64,000 nucleotides of DNA, from contig CAWAXX010000024.1 in assembly GCA_963786105.1 (NCBI GenBank), positions 94,725 through 158,724 of the forward strand, in the 5' to 3' direction. This stretch comes from Vulcanimicrobiota bacterium (GTDB taxonomy: Bacteria; Vulcanimicrobiota; Vulcanimicrobiia; Vulcanimicrobiales; Vulcanimicrobiaceae). The notes under the pieces are model-generated. The model worked only from the letters and a program-made list of their open reading frames with translations, was not told where the DNA came from and searched no databases. Position 1 is the stretch's first letter, and every line of letters begins with the position of its first letter. Position numbers and translations under genes: made by a program. This document shows, piece after piece, positions 1 to 11,298 of this stretch.

Positions 1-48
1 GTGTCGGCCGAGTTGTCGCCACGGGAGCCGGAGCTCGCGCTTGCCTAG
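1..48 (+). CDS. 3' end of an upstream gene (partial, ...SAELSPREPELALA*)
   Basis: Open frame 1 from the window edge to TAG 46-48; product not identifiable. Confidence 0.45.
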   Translation: MSAELSPREPELALA

Positions 49-80
49 CAGGCTGCGAAGGAATTCGCGCTGCCGGATTT

Positions 81-1778
<1,698 letters not shown>

Positions 1779-1787
1779 AGGCGCGGC

Positions 1788-3146
1788 TTATTGGTTGTCG
1801 GGTGGGCGGCGATCGGGCCGTTCGCGTTCGAAGTACGCCGCGTTGAAGCGAGCGGGGATGGGAACGAATTGACGTGGCGGCCGCGAAAAATCGAAGCAGT
1901 CGCCGGCGGGGGAAGTCGCGCGCGCGTCGGCCGCCGAGAGTCTTGGAAGGCCGAATCGATCCTCGACGAACTTTAGGATGCTGCCGTGTTCGTATGGCAC
2001 GTGCGAGACGTAAGCTTTTTTGGCGTACGCCGAGACGACCAGCAACGGCACGCGGATGCCGAGCCCGTCGTAGTCGGCGAACGGCGGCGCAACGTGGTCG
2101 TACCAGCCGCCGTACTCGTCCCACATGATGAAGATCGCCGTCGACTGCCAATACTTCGAGTTGCCGACGGCGTTGACGAGCGAGGCGACCCAGTGCGGAC
2201 CGTGCGTCGCGCCGCAGTCCGCGTGGTCGGAGTTCGGGCACGTCGGCATGACCCAGCTGACCGCGGGCAGTTTCCCGTTTTTAACGTCTTGAAAGAAGCG
2301 CGTTTGGGGACTGATGACGTTGTTGTTCCAGTCGGGACCGTATCGAATGTGTTTGATTGCCTGATACGCGTTCCACAAGTTGCCGCTGCCGTCTTCGAGG
2401 CTCGACGTATAGTACGCCCACGAAACGCCGGCCGAGTCGAGTTCGTCCCCGAGCGTCCGATACTCGAAGCAGGCTTGGATTCGGCCGCCGTACGTACGTT
2501 GCTGCGTAACGGTCCCGACCGTGTCTTTCGGCCCCCCGTCGCAGCCCCACGTCGTAGCCGGGTAGTTGATGGTCGAGTTCGCTTGGGCCGCGATGATGTA
2601 TTGATGCGAGACGAAGCTGCTCGCGTCGAAGTCGGAGGGAAACATGCGATCGGCGAGCACGTACTGTTGCGCCATAGCAAAATACGGCTTCGTTTCACTT
2701 TGTGGCACGTAGCCGTACTGGGGATTGGGATTCGGGCAAGGTGGCTCCCCGGTGCCTCCGCAGGTCACGCTTTCCCGGTTGAATCCATCCATTTTACAGT
2801 TCGTACCGGGGATGCTGCCTTGGCCGTCGCAGGCGGCATAGTACGAAACGGAGTTGTGCCCAACGTCCCAGTTTGACCCGAGGCCAATCGGTCGCAGCGA
2901 GATTTTCTTGCCGTCGGTTGTGTAGCCGTACGACTGCGTGTCGGCGCCCGGAAAGCCTTGAAACAGATTGTCGAAGCTGCGGTTCTCTTGCATGATGATG
3001 ACGACGTGCGAGATCTTGCCGCCGACGCCTTGCTTTACGTTTTGATGGCTTTGCACGGGCGGCGTGCCGGCGTTTCCGATGCAACCCGAAAGGGAAAGCG
3101 CGAGTGTAACGGCGATCGCTCGACCGGTGTCCGAAAAGATTCGCAT
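1788..3146 (-). CDS. secreted phosphoesterase / phospholipase C family lipoprotein
   Basis: Lipobox LSGC; HVVIIMQENRSFDNLF, WDEYGGWYDHV, GIRVPLLVVS motifs. Confidence 0.9.
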   Translation of the reverse strand: MRIFSDTGRAIAVTLALSLSGCIGNAGTPPVQSHQNVKQGVGGKISHVVIIMQENRSFDNLFQGFPGADTQSYGYTTDGKKISLRPIGLGSNWDVGHNSVSYYAACDGQGSIPGTNCKMDGFNRESVTCGGTGEPPCPNPNPQYGYVPQSETKPYFAMAQQYVLADRMFPSDFDASSFVSHQYIIAAQANSTINYPATTWGCDGGPKDTVGTVTQQRTYGGRIQACFEYRTLGDELDSAGVSWAYYTSSLEDGSGNLWNAYQAIKHIRYGPDWNNNVISPQTRFFQDVKNGKLPAVSWVMPTCPNSDHADCGATHGPHWVASLVNAVGNSKYWQSTAIFIMWDEYGGWYDHVAPPFADYDGLGIRVPLLVVSAYAKKAYVSHVPYEHGSILKFVEDRFGLPRLSAADARATSPAGDCFDFSRPPRQFVPIPARFNAAYFERERPDRRPPDNQ

Positions 3147-3155
3147 GGCCTCCCT

Positions 3156-4568
3156 TTAATCGTCGTCCGGCGGCCGGCCGTCGGGAGCTTCGTTTTCGAA
3201 GTCGGCGGCCTTGAGGCGGCTGGGAATGGGAACGAACGATCGCGGCGGCTGTGAGAAATCGAAGCAGTCCGTTTCGGGGGAGTTGGCGCGGGTGTCGGAA
3301 GCAGCCAATCGCGGAAGGCCGAACTGGTCTTCGACGAACTTGAGGATACTGCCGTTCTCGTATTGCACGTGCGAGACGTAGTTCTGCTTCGCGTAGGCCG
3401 AGATGACGATCAACGGCACGCGCACCCCCAGTCCGTCGTAGTCGACGAACGGCGGGGGAACGTGGTCGTACCAGCCGCCGTAGTCGTCCCACATCACGAA
3501 AATCGCCGTCGAGTCCCAATACTTCGATTTGCCGACGGCGTTGACGAGCGACGCGACCCAGTGCGGCCCTTGGTTCGTATCGCAACCGGCGTGGTCCGAG
3601 TTCTTGCAAAGCGGCGTCACCCAGCTCACCGAAGGCAACGCCCCGCCGTTGACGTCTTTGAAGAACCCCGTCGGCGGGCTGATCACGTGCTTGCTCCACC
3701 CCGGGCCGTCGCGGACGTGTTTGATTGCTTGGTACGCGCTCCAGATGCCGCCGTGATAAACTTCGTTGATATTCGCGGCATAGTAGCGCCACGAAAGCCC
3801 CGCGTCGTCGAGCTCGTCGCCCAGCGTCTGGTAATCGAAACATGCGGCGATCGGGCTTCCGTACTTACGCTTCTGCGTCACGGTTTCAATGCGGTCGTGC
3901 GGTCCGCCGTCGCAGCCCCACGGGGGGTGCTGCGGATAATCGACGGCGGAGTCGGACTGACCGGCGATCAGGTATTGATGCGAAACGAAGCTGCTGCCGT
4001 CGAAGTTTGAAGCAAACGTCTTATCGGCCAACACGTACTGCTTGGCCATGGCGACGTACGGTTGCGTCTCGCTGCTCGGGACGTAGGTATATTGCGGATG
4101 CGCGTTCGGACACGGCGGCTGCCCCGTGCCGCCGCAGTTGACCTTCTCTTGGTTGAAGCCGTTCATCTTGCAGTGCGTGCCGGGAATAGGCCCCCACCCG
4201 TTGCAAGCCAGGAAAAAAGCTTGGGAATTATGCGAGACGTCCCACAACACTTGGAATCCGACCGGCGCAAGCGCAAGGCGCTTACCGTTGCTCGAGTAAC
4301 CGTACGACTGCGTGTCGGCGCCCGGAAAGCCTTGAAACAGGTTGTCGAAGCTGCGATTTTCTTGCACGATGATGACGACGTGCTTGATCTTTCCCGAAGC
4401 CATGGAGCTAAGGTTACCGAGCAAGGCAGGGGGCGCCGGGTTCGCGATGGGAACGTCCACCGCCGGCGAGGCGCCGGTCCCCGCGCAGGCAGCGAGAATA
4501 ACCGCCGCCAATGCGACGATAAGAGCTCGGCAGTTGACGGGAACCCTTTGCATACTGTCTCCGTTCAA
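3156..4568 (-). CDS. secreted phosphoesterase / phospholipase C family lipoprotein (tandem paralog)
   Basis: Lipobox LAAC; QENRSFDNLF, WDDYGGWYDHV, GVRVPL; long identical stretches shared with 1788-3146. Confidence 0.9.
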   Translation of the reverse strand: MNGDSMQRVPVNCRALIVALAAVILAACAGTGASPAVDVPIANPAPPALLGNLSSMASGKIKHVVIIVQENRSFDNLFQGFPGADTQSYGYSSNGKRLALAPVGFQVLWDVSHNSQAFFLACNGWGPIPGTHCKMNGFNQEKVNCGGTGQPPCPNAHPQYTYVPSSETQPYVAMAKQYVLADKTFASNFDGSSFVSHQYLIAGQSDSAVDYPQHPPWGCDGGPHDRIETVTQKRKYGSPIAACFDYQTLGDELDDAGLSWRYYAANINEVYHGGIWSAYQAIKHVRDGPGWSKHVISPPTGFFKDVNGGALPSVSWVTPLCKNSDHAGCDTNQGPHWVASLVNAVGKSKYWDSTAIFVMWDDYGGWYDHVPPPFVDYDGLGVRVPLIVISAYAKQNYVSHVQYENGSILKFVEDQFGLPRLAASDTRANSPETDCFDFSQPPRSFVPIPSRLKAADFENEAPDGRPPDDD

Positions 4569-4697
4569 TCCTCAGCAGAAAGAACGTCTTCGAATCGTTC
4601 CTCAGTAGCAATTCCGTGGCCTTCTAATCTGCGACGCGCGGCGGCCGAAGGTGGAACACCGTCGTACTTTCGCGAATAGAGCCTCGGAGCTATTCAC

Positions 4698-5951
4698 ATG
4701 CGAACGACCTTCTTACCCGTGGTTCTCTTTGCGTTTGCGGCGGCCGGCTGCGGGCGCGGCGCGGTGACGTCGTCGATCCCGGCGTACGCACCAAATGCAA
4801 CCGCGGCGCAGTCGCCGGCCACCAGCCCCTATCGAACCCTCTACGGCTTCAAAGGCGCGCCGGACGGTGCGATGCCGGAGGCCGGTGTGCTTGCCGTAAA
4901 CGATGTGGTATACGGAACGACGTACGGCGGCGGCAGAGTTTCTGGTTGCAGCAGCGGTTCGGGCGCGGGTTGCGGGACCGTATTCCGAGTGCATCTGTCG
5001 GGCATCGAGCGCATCATCCACCGGTTTGGAAGCGGCGGTGACGGTGCCAATCCTCGTGGCGATCTGATCGCCAGGAACGGCTTACTGTACGGCACGACGG
5101 AAAACGGGGGCGCGAGCGGAAACGGAGCGATCTTCAAGGTAAACGCGTTCGGCGCGGAAAGCGTGCTCTACAGTTTTAACGGAATCCCGGACGGCGCAAA
5201 ACCGCGAGCCGGACTTTTGGACGTAAAAGGCGTGCTGTACGGTACGACGTTCGGCGGTGGCAATACCGGCTGTTTCGACAGTCCGAGCGGGTGCGGCACG
5301 GCGTTCCAAGTGAGCACGTCGGGAAGCGAGCGCGTTCTCCACCGGTTCGGAATCCGTCCGGACGGCTCGTTCCCCGAATCGAATCTTGCCGCGATGCACG
5401 GCCTGTTCTACGGCACGACGTTGAAGCGCACGGCGAACGAAGGTGGTGCGACGTGCGGCACCGGCGACGGATGCGGGGTCGTGTTCCAAATGAGCGCGTC
5501 CGGCCAGGAAAGCGTACTCTACCGCTTTTTAAAGAGGCCCGACGGCTCGAACCCGGCGGCGGGCCTCACCGCCTTAGGCGGAAATTTTTACGGGACGACT
5601 ACCAGCGGCGGTGCGAGCGGCAAGGGAACCGTTTTCGAGGTGAACACGTCGGGCGTGGAGCAGGTGTTGCACGGGTTTAAGGGTTATGGCGACGGCGCGA
5701 ACCCGTACGGTGGTTTGCTCGCGTTCAACGGCCTGCTTTACGGCACGACCTACAATGGCGGGAAGTACGGCAAAGGGACGCTTTTCAAGATCGATACGTC
5801 CGGTGCCAAAACCGTGCTCCACGACTTCGGAGAGGGCAGCGATGGCGCGCACCCCCACGGGAGTCTCATCATCTACGGCGGGGTGCTGTACGGAACCACG
5901 GAGTTCGGCGGCGCGAAAAACTTCGGGACAGTCTTTTCGCGATTACCGTGA
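4698..5951 (+). CDS. GloVer (Gloeo_Verruco) tandem-repeat lipoprotein
   Basis: About 7 repeats of DGAxPxxxL...LYGTTxxGG...GTVF; lipobox AAGC. Confidence 0.85.
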   Translation: MRTTFLPVVLFAFAAAGCGRGAVTSSIPAYAPNATAAQSPATSPYRTLYGFKGAPDGAMPEAGVLAVNDVVYGTTYGGGRVSGCSSGSGAGCGTVFRVHLSGIERIIHRFGSGGDGANPRGDLIARNGLLYGTTENGGASGNGAIFKVNAFGAESVLYSFNGIPDGAKPRAGLLDVKGVLYGTTFGGGNTGCFDSPSGCGTAFQVSTSGSERVLHRFGIRPDGSFPESNLAAMHGLFYGTTLKRTANEGGATCGTGDGCGVVFQMSASGQESVLYRFLKRPDGSNPAAGLTALGGNFYGTTTSGGASGKGTVFEVNTSGVEQVLHGFKGYGDGANPYGGLLAFNGLLYGTTYNGGKYGKGTLFKIDTSGAKTVLHDFGEGSDGAHPHGSLIIYGGVLYGTTEFGGAKNFGTVFSRLP

Positions 5952-7057
5952 CGTCTTTGCGAGTTCCGTCGACGCTTGCGGCCGTCTTTTTACTGACCGC
6001 GTGCAGCGGCCCTGCCTTTCCGGCAGCCGCGCCGCACGCCCTCACCCAGCGATCCACGATCGCCGGCATGGGTGGTGGCGATGCGGCGCCGGCGTGCCGC
6101 ACTCAAACGTGTATCTACGTCACTAATAACGCCTTCTACGGTCACTACCGCCAGGGGAATAAGGTGCTCGTCTTCCCTCGCGACGCCAGCGGCAACGTCG
6201 CGCCGATCGCTACGATCGAAGGCAAGGCTACCGGTTTGAAATATCCTCGTGCGATTGCCCTCGATCGCGGCCGAAAAGTGTACGTCTCGAATTTCACGCC
6301 GTCCGAAAGTGGTAGCAACGTAACCGTTTACGGCGCCGGCGCGACCGGCAACGTCTCTCCTCTCCAAAATATTACCGGCTCGAACACCGGCCTCTACGCT
6401 CCCACGTCGGTATCTGTCGATGCGGACGCCAACATTTACGCTACCGATATGTACGGCGTCGCCTCCGGCTGCTCCAATCCGACGCAGGGATGCTGGGACC
6501 TCAACGTCTACGCCGCCGGCTCCAACGGCAACGTCGCGCCCGTCCGGAGCATCCGCGGCCCTGCGACGAAACTCTACTACGTCTACGGTTCCGCGGTCGA
6601 TTCCGGCGGCAACGTGTACGCGGCGAACGGTTATCATTCCGGCTGCTGCATTACCGTGTACGCACCCGGCGCAACCGGCAACGTCAAGCCCATCAGGAAC
6701 ATCAGCGGCTCGAAAACGCAGCTGGCCGTGCCCGTAGGACTCGCCCTGGACGTTCGCGGTAACGTCTACGTCTTGAACGCGGAGGGAAGCCCCACGCGCA
6801 GCGTGACCGTGTATGCCGCCGGAGCGAACGGGAACGTCAAGCCCATTCGCGCGATCGTCGGTCAAAAGACGGGATTGTACGCTGCCCCGGACGCCTTGGC
6901 GGTCGACGGGAGCGGGCGGGTGTACGTGCTCCAATCGGGGGCCGCGAATTCGATTTCCGTCTTCGCGGCCGGCGCTAACGGCAACGTCGCGCCGGTCCGC
7001 GTGATCCAAGGGAACAACACCGGGATGACGAGCCCCTGGGGCATCGCCGTTCGTTAG
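5948..7057 (+). CDS. beta-propeller (NHL-like) repeat lipoprotein
   Basis: Repeated VYAAGAxGNVxPxRxIxGxxTxL..P.xxAxDxxGxVYV units; lipobox LTAC. Confidence 0.75.
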   Translation: MTSLRVPSTLAAVFLLTACSGPAFPAAAPHALTQRSTIAGMGGGDAAPACRTQTCIYVTNNAFYGHYRQGNKVLVFPRDASGNVAPIATIEGKATGLKYPRAIALDRGRKVYVSNFTPSESGSNVTVYGAGATGNVSPLQNITGSNTGLYAPTSVSVDADANIYATDMYGVASGCSNPTQGCWDLNVYAAGSNGNVAPVRSIRGPATKLYYVYGSAVDSGGNVYAANGYHSGCCITVYAPGATGNVKPIRNISGSKTQLAVPVGLALDVRGNVYVLNAEGSPTRSVTVYAAGANGNVKPIRAIVGQKTGLYAAPDALAVDGSGRVYVLQSGAANSISVFAAGANGNVAPVRVIQGNNTGMTSPWGIAVR

Positions 7058-7069
7058 GAGTCACGTCAC

Positions 7070-7459
7070 ATGCCGCGATTTTTGCATACGTCCATCTTCG
7101 TCAACGACATGAACGAGTCGATCGATTTTTACACCCACAAGCTCGGGCTAAAACTCCTTGGCGGACCGCATCACTATCCGGGCAACTGCGACATGGCGTT
7201 CGTCGGCAACGATTGGAATGCGTACGTCGAGCTGGTGTACGATCTCGAAGAACATCCGCCGTACGAGATCGGTAATCGTTACGAGCATCTCGCCCTGGAA
7301 GCCGACGGCGACCTGGGAGAATACGTCGATGGCCTGAAGAAAAAAGGCGTGAAGATCCTCAAAGACGTGTATAAGTCTCCAAGCGGAACGCGCGCAATTG
7401 CCTTCGTCGAAGATCCCAACGGCATCCCGGTGGAGCTCTTGGAACCCCGGCCACACTGA
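7070..7459 (+). CDS. VOC/glyoxalase family protein (lactoylglutathione lyase-like)
   Basis: FLHTSIFV, ELVY, YEHLAL, AFVEDPNGIPVEL. Confidence 0.85.
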   Translation: MPRFLHTSIFVNDMNESIDFYTHKLGLKLLGGPHHYPGNCDMAFVGNDWNAYVELVYDLEEHPPYEIGNRYEHLALEADGDLGEYVDGLKKKGVKILKDVYKSPSGTRAIAFVEDPNGIPVELLEPRPH

Positions 7460-7472
7460 AGCCGCCGCGCGG

Positions 7473-8606
7473 TCAGCGGTAGATAAACGGATCGGCGGGC
7501 GGGGCGATGCGCTCGATGCTGCGAGCGACGAGCCGCGGCGCGCCGGCGTGAATTTCGATAGCTCCGTCGGCGCGCAACCACGTTCCGGCGGGAAACGGGG
7601 GCCGCTGCGCGAGCCGCACGGCTACCGGCGCCGCGTCGGCGCGGCAGCACACAATCGCGTAGCGCACCAAGGCAGCGTCGTTCGCGTCGCGCGTCAGCGT
7701 GCCGGTGAACGTCAGGCGTTCTCCTGGAAAGAGGTCGCTTAGCGTCGTTTCCGTCGCGCGATACGCCGGCGGTGGCGCCGTAACGAGCGCGCCGAGCAGC
7801 ATGAGTGCGGGGGCCAGCCGCGTGCAAGGGTTGCGCCGCGTGCGGTGAATCGACGCCAGAACGAGCGCGACGGCACCGCACGCAAGCAACGCACCGGCGA
7901 TGGCCGGGTGTACCAAAGCGCCGCCGTGCCGCCAGCCGACGATGCCGAGCGCGCACGCGAGCAGAACGTACGCAAAAACGTCGTGCGCTTGTCCGCGATG
8001 CGTTCGGCACGAAACGAGCGTACGCAGGTCGGCGATTCCGGCGATGCAGAGAAACGCCGCTGCGGCCAGCGGCGCTCGCCCGTGCAGCGCGCCGGCCACG
8101 CCGATCGCGCCGATTCCGCACGGCGCGGTCGCGAAGCCGAGGAGCGCACCGCCGAAAATCTGCATGGACGGCGCCAACGGTCGCGCGTCGGCCAACGTTG
8201 CGAACTGCGTCACCGCGCCGGCGATCGCCGCCGCGGGCACGATGGCGGCCAGTTCGTCGAGCAGCTCGGGGCTCTCGTGCGGAGTTTTGGCGTCCGTGAA
8301 TCGAGCCACGACGACCGCTGCGACGAAGCGTGCGATTGCGACGAGTGGGCCAAAAACGAGCCAGGCGGCGGCCGCCGCAGGCAGCGATCGCGCGGAAGGA
8401 CCGGATCCGCAGCCGCACCCGAGATACGCGGTTACGTGCCGGCAACGTACGAGATGCGCCACGGCGACGCCCGCGAGCAAGAACGGCGTCGCTTCAAAGA
8501 GCGCGCTCGCCGACGTCGCCAGTGCGGAACGCAACGCGTCCGGTGACGAAAGCATCGCGACGGCGACGGCGGCTGCGACAAAGAGCGTAACGCGCATGCC
8601 GGCCAA
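7473..8606 (-). CDS. membrane permease (YcgR/DUF318-like) fused to a DUF1980/YcgQ-like C-terminal domain
   Basis: EATPFLLAG and CGC in the hydrophobic N-terminal part; C-terminal RYAIVCCRADA...WLRADG...PADPFIY. Confidence 0.6.
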   Translation of the reverse strand: MAGMRVTLFVAAAVAVAMLSSPDALRSALATSASALFEATPFLLAGVAVAHLVRCRHVTAYLGCGCGSGPSARSLPAAAAAWLVFGPLVAIARFVAAVVVARFTDAKTPHESPELLDELAAIVPAAAIAGAVTQFATLADARPLAPSMQIFGGALLGFATAPCGIGAIGVAGALHGRAPLAAAAFLCIAGIADLRTLVSCRTHRGQAHDVFAYVLLACALGIVGWRHGGALVHPAIAGALLACGAVALVLASIHRTRRNPCTRLAPALMLLGALVTAPPPAYRATETTLSDLFPGERLTFTGTLTRDANDAALVRYAIVCCRADAAPVAVRLAQRPPFPAGTWLRADGAIEIHAGAPRLVARSIERIAPPADPFIYR

Positions 8607-8681
8607 TCCCGCTTAGCGCTGATCGCCGCAATCGAGGGTGCGCGTCCGGGAACCCCCGGGGTATCCGCGAAGTTCCGCTCC

Positions 8682-8957
8682 ATGCAGCGAATTGCCGCAA
8701 AGACCGGCAGGACATTCGAAGCGGTGGTCTGGATCGTGGCGGCAATCGCGGCGTGCTATCTGATCGCCGGCGCGTATTACGGGTATCTGGTGGGACGCAC
8801 GATGCACGAGGCCAAAGCCTCGAATCCAATGATCGCCATCGTTGCCGGCGCGGTCGGCCGCAATGCGTCCGAACAATTTGCCATCGTCAAAATGAACGTG
8901 CCGGACTACATCGTTAGGGCCCCGACCTTCTGGGTCGCGCTGCGCATGAACGAGTGA
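8682..8957 (+). CDS. small membrane-anchored hypothetical protein
   Basis: Single hydrophobic segment; stop overlaps the hisS start. Confidence 0.55.
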   Translation: MQRIAAKTGRTFEAVVWIVAAIAACYLIAGAYYGYLVGRTMHEAKASNPMIAIVAGAVGRNASEQFAIVKMNVPDYIVRAPTFWVALRMNE

Positions 8958-10234
8958 TGCCGGCAAAATATACGGCACCGCGCGGAACGCAGGATTTCTA
9001 TCCGCCCGACTCGGCGCGCTGGAACGCGCTCGAAGCGCGCATTCGCACCTTGGCCGAGCGATTCGGCTACGGAGAAATCCGCACGCCGCTGTTTGAGTCG
9101 ACCGAGCTCTTCGTGCGCGGCGTCGGCGATACGACGGACATCGTCGAAAAAGAGATGTACCGGTTCAAAGACCGGGGCGATCGCGATATGGCGTTGCGTC
9201 CCGAATGGACCGCTCCGGTCGTGCGCGCCGCGCTCGAACACCATCTCTTCGCGCAGGGCCCCTTGCGCTTGTACTACATCGGGCCGATCTTTCGATACGA
9301 ACGCCCGCAAAAGGGCCGCTACCGCCAGTCGCATCAGTTCGGCGTCGAATGCTTCGGATTTGCCGGGCCCGAAGCCGATTTGGAAGCGATCGCCCTGGCT
9401 TGGGAGCTGACGCGCGATTACGGCATCGACGATGCGGTGCTCAACGTCAATTCGCTGGGCGACGACGCGTGCCGCCCCCGATATCGCCAGGCGCTCCTCG
9501 AACATTTTCGCCCGAATCTCGCGAAGCTGAGCGACGATTCGCGCCGGCGGCTGGAACGCAACCCGATGCGGTTGCTCGACAGCAAGGATCCCGCCGACGT
9601 GCCCTACGTCGAAAGCGCGCCGACCTTGGAATCGGCGCTGTGCGACGCGTGCCGCGAACACTTCGAGGCACTCAAAGCGTATTTGGATCTCGCCGGAATC
9701 CCATTCGTCGTGAATCCGCGCATCGTACGCGGCCTCGATTACTACAACCGAACCGTGTTTGAAATTACGTCGAACGTGTTGGGCGCGCAGAGCGCCGTTT
9801 GCGGCGGCGGCCGCTACGACGGATTGGTACGATCGCTGGGAGGGCCGGACGTTCCAGCCGTCGGCTTCGCGCTCGGGTTGGAGCGCTTCTTGCTAATGCT
9901 CGAAGCGCTGGCAATTGCCGGCGACCCTCCGCGGCGAGGAGTTCAGGCGATCGCGCTGGGTGCACAAGCCCGAGCTGCCCTCGTTCCGATCGTCACCGAA
10001 CTGCGGCGCAGCCTCGACGAACCGACGTTTACCGATTACGAGGAGCGTAAGCTGCTGGCGCATTTGAAAATCGCCGATCGCAATCGCGCGCGCTACGCGC
10101 TGATTCTCGGCTCGCAGGAGCTAGCCGCCGGCGAACTCGTGCTGCGCGATTTGGAGAACCGCACCGACCGCCGCCTTCCTATCGGCTCCGGAAAAGACGT
10201 TGCCGCCGCACTCGTAGAAGCAGAGGTTCACTAG
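8954..10234 (+). CDS. hisS: histidine--tRNA ligase
   Basis: PRGTQD, KEMY, LRPEWT, FRYERPQKGRYRQ, VRGLDYY, GGGRYDGL. Confidence 0.98.
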   Translation: MMPAKYTAPRGTQDFYPPDSARWNALEARIRTLAERFGYGEIRTPLFESTELFVRGVGDTTDIVEKEMYRFKDRGDRDMALRPEWTAPVVRAALEHHLFAQGPLRLYYIGPIFRYERPQKGRYRQSHQFGVECFGFAGPEADLEAIALAWELTRDYGIDDAVLNVNSLGDDACRPRYRQALLEHFRPNLAKLSDDSRRRLERNPMRLLDSKDPADVPYVESAPTLESALCDACREHFEALKAYLDLAGIPFVVNPRIVRGLDYYNRTVFEITSNVLGAQSAVCGGGRYDGLVRSLGGPDVPAVGFALGLERFLLMLEALAIAGDPPRRGVQAIALGAQARAALVPIVTELRRSLDEPTFTDYEERKLLAHLKIADRNRARYALILGSQELAAGELVLRDLENRTDRRLPIGSGKDVAAALVEAEVH

Positions 10235-10236
10235 TG

Positions 10237-10693
10237 ATGGATGAAGAGCACGATCGCGAACGGCAGATCCTCACCGACCTGCTCGCGCTTATGCACGAGC
10301 ACGATCTCGATCGGCTTAAGATTAAGCTGGGGGACGCGGTCTACGAAATCGATCGCCGCGCTCCGGGACCGCCGGCGCTCCGCCGCTGCGGTGCCCGGAA
10401 CAGCCACCGGTGGCCCGGTGGATTCGGTCGAGCCGGTTCCCTCCGCCGGCGCCCACGTCAAGCGGGTGACGGCGCCGCTGACCGGCGTCTTTTACCGGTC
10501 GTCGTCACCCGATACCGAGGCATTCGTCGACGTCGGCGACCGCGTCGAAAACGGCGACGTGCTGTGCATTCTCGAAGCGATGAAGCTTTTCAACGAAATT
10601 CAGAGCGACTACGCGGGAACGATCGTGCGCATTCTTCCCGAAAATGGCGAGTTGGTCTCGCAAGGCGCCGATCTCTTCTGGATCGAGCCGTAA
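10237..10693 (+). CDS. accB: acetyl-CoA carboxylase biotin carboxyl carrier protein, frameshifted near 10365-10380
   Basis: N-terminus MDEEHDRERQILTDLLALMHEHDLDRLKIK is in one frame; biotinyl domain APLTGVFYRSSSP...EAMKLFNEI is in the next frame. Confidence 0.85.
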
Positions 10694-10704
10694 GAAGCGC
10701 GACG

Positions 10705-11298
10705 ATGACCGACGTCATGGGGAAGCGCGGCTTCGACGAGTTATTGGCCGACCGGCGCGGCCTGCTCGAGGCGCCGCACTACCGCGCGCAAGTCGAGGCC
10801 ATCGCGGGTGCGATCGTGGAAGCGCTGCGCGCGCAGAAGAAGGTCTTGTGGTGCGGTAACGGCGGCAGCGCGGCCGAGGCGCAGCACATGGCCGCCGAAC
10901 TCTCGGGCCGGTTCTTGCGCGAACGACCGGGACTCTACAGCGAAGCGCTGTCGGTCAACTCGTCGGCATTGACGTGCATCGGAAACGACTACGGCTACGA
11001 CCGCGTCTTCTCGCGTCAAGTTGAAGCGTTCGCCCGTCCCGGCGACGTCGTGATCGGAATGACGACCAGCGGCAGCTCCCGCAACGTCGTGCTCGCGCTC
11101 GAAGCGGCCAAGAAATGTCGCGCGCTAGCCGTGGCGTTCACCGGCAACGGCGGCGGTCGCGTCGCCGAGATCGCCGATTTGACGTTGATGGGTCCGGACG
11201 GTTATGCCGCCATCGTCCAAGAAGTGCACCAAGTCATGGCTCACATCGTATGCGATTTGGTGGAACAGCGGCTAATCTTCGAGGATGGCCTTCATTAG
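10705..11298 (+). CDS. gmhA: D-sedoheptulose 7-phosphate isomerase
   Basis: CGNGGSAAEAQH, IGNDYGY, FSRQVEA, TSGSSRNV, QEVH. Confidence 0.93.
   Translation: MTDVMGKRGFDELLADRRGLLEAPHYRAQVEAIAGAIVEALRAQKKVLWCGNGGSAAEAQHMAAELSGRFLRERPGLYSEALSVNSSALTCIGNDYGYDRVFSRQVEAFARPGDVVIGMTTSGSSRNVVLALEAAKKCRALAVAFTGNGGGRVAEIADLTLMGPDGYAAIVQEVHQVMAHIVCDLVEQRLIFEDGLH

Noticed and set aside
4698..7057. Repetitive DNA as a CRISPR array or nucleotide repeat
   Set aside because: Repeats are degenerate protein-level propeller repeats within ORFs; no identical direct repeats with spacers and no cas genes
10234..11298. 354-aa novel fusion protein in the ORF track
   Set aside because: Explained by the accB frameshift reading through into gmhA
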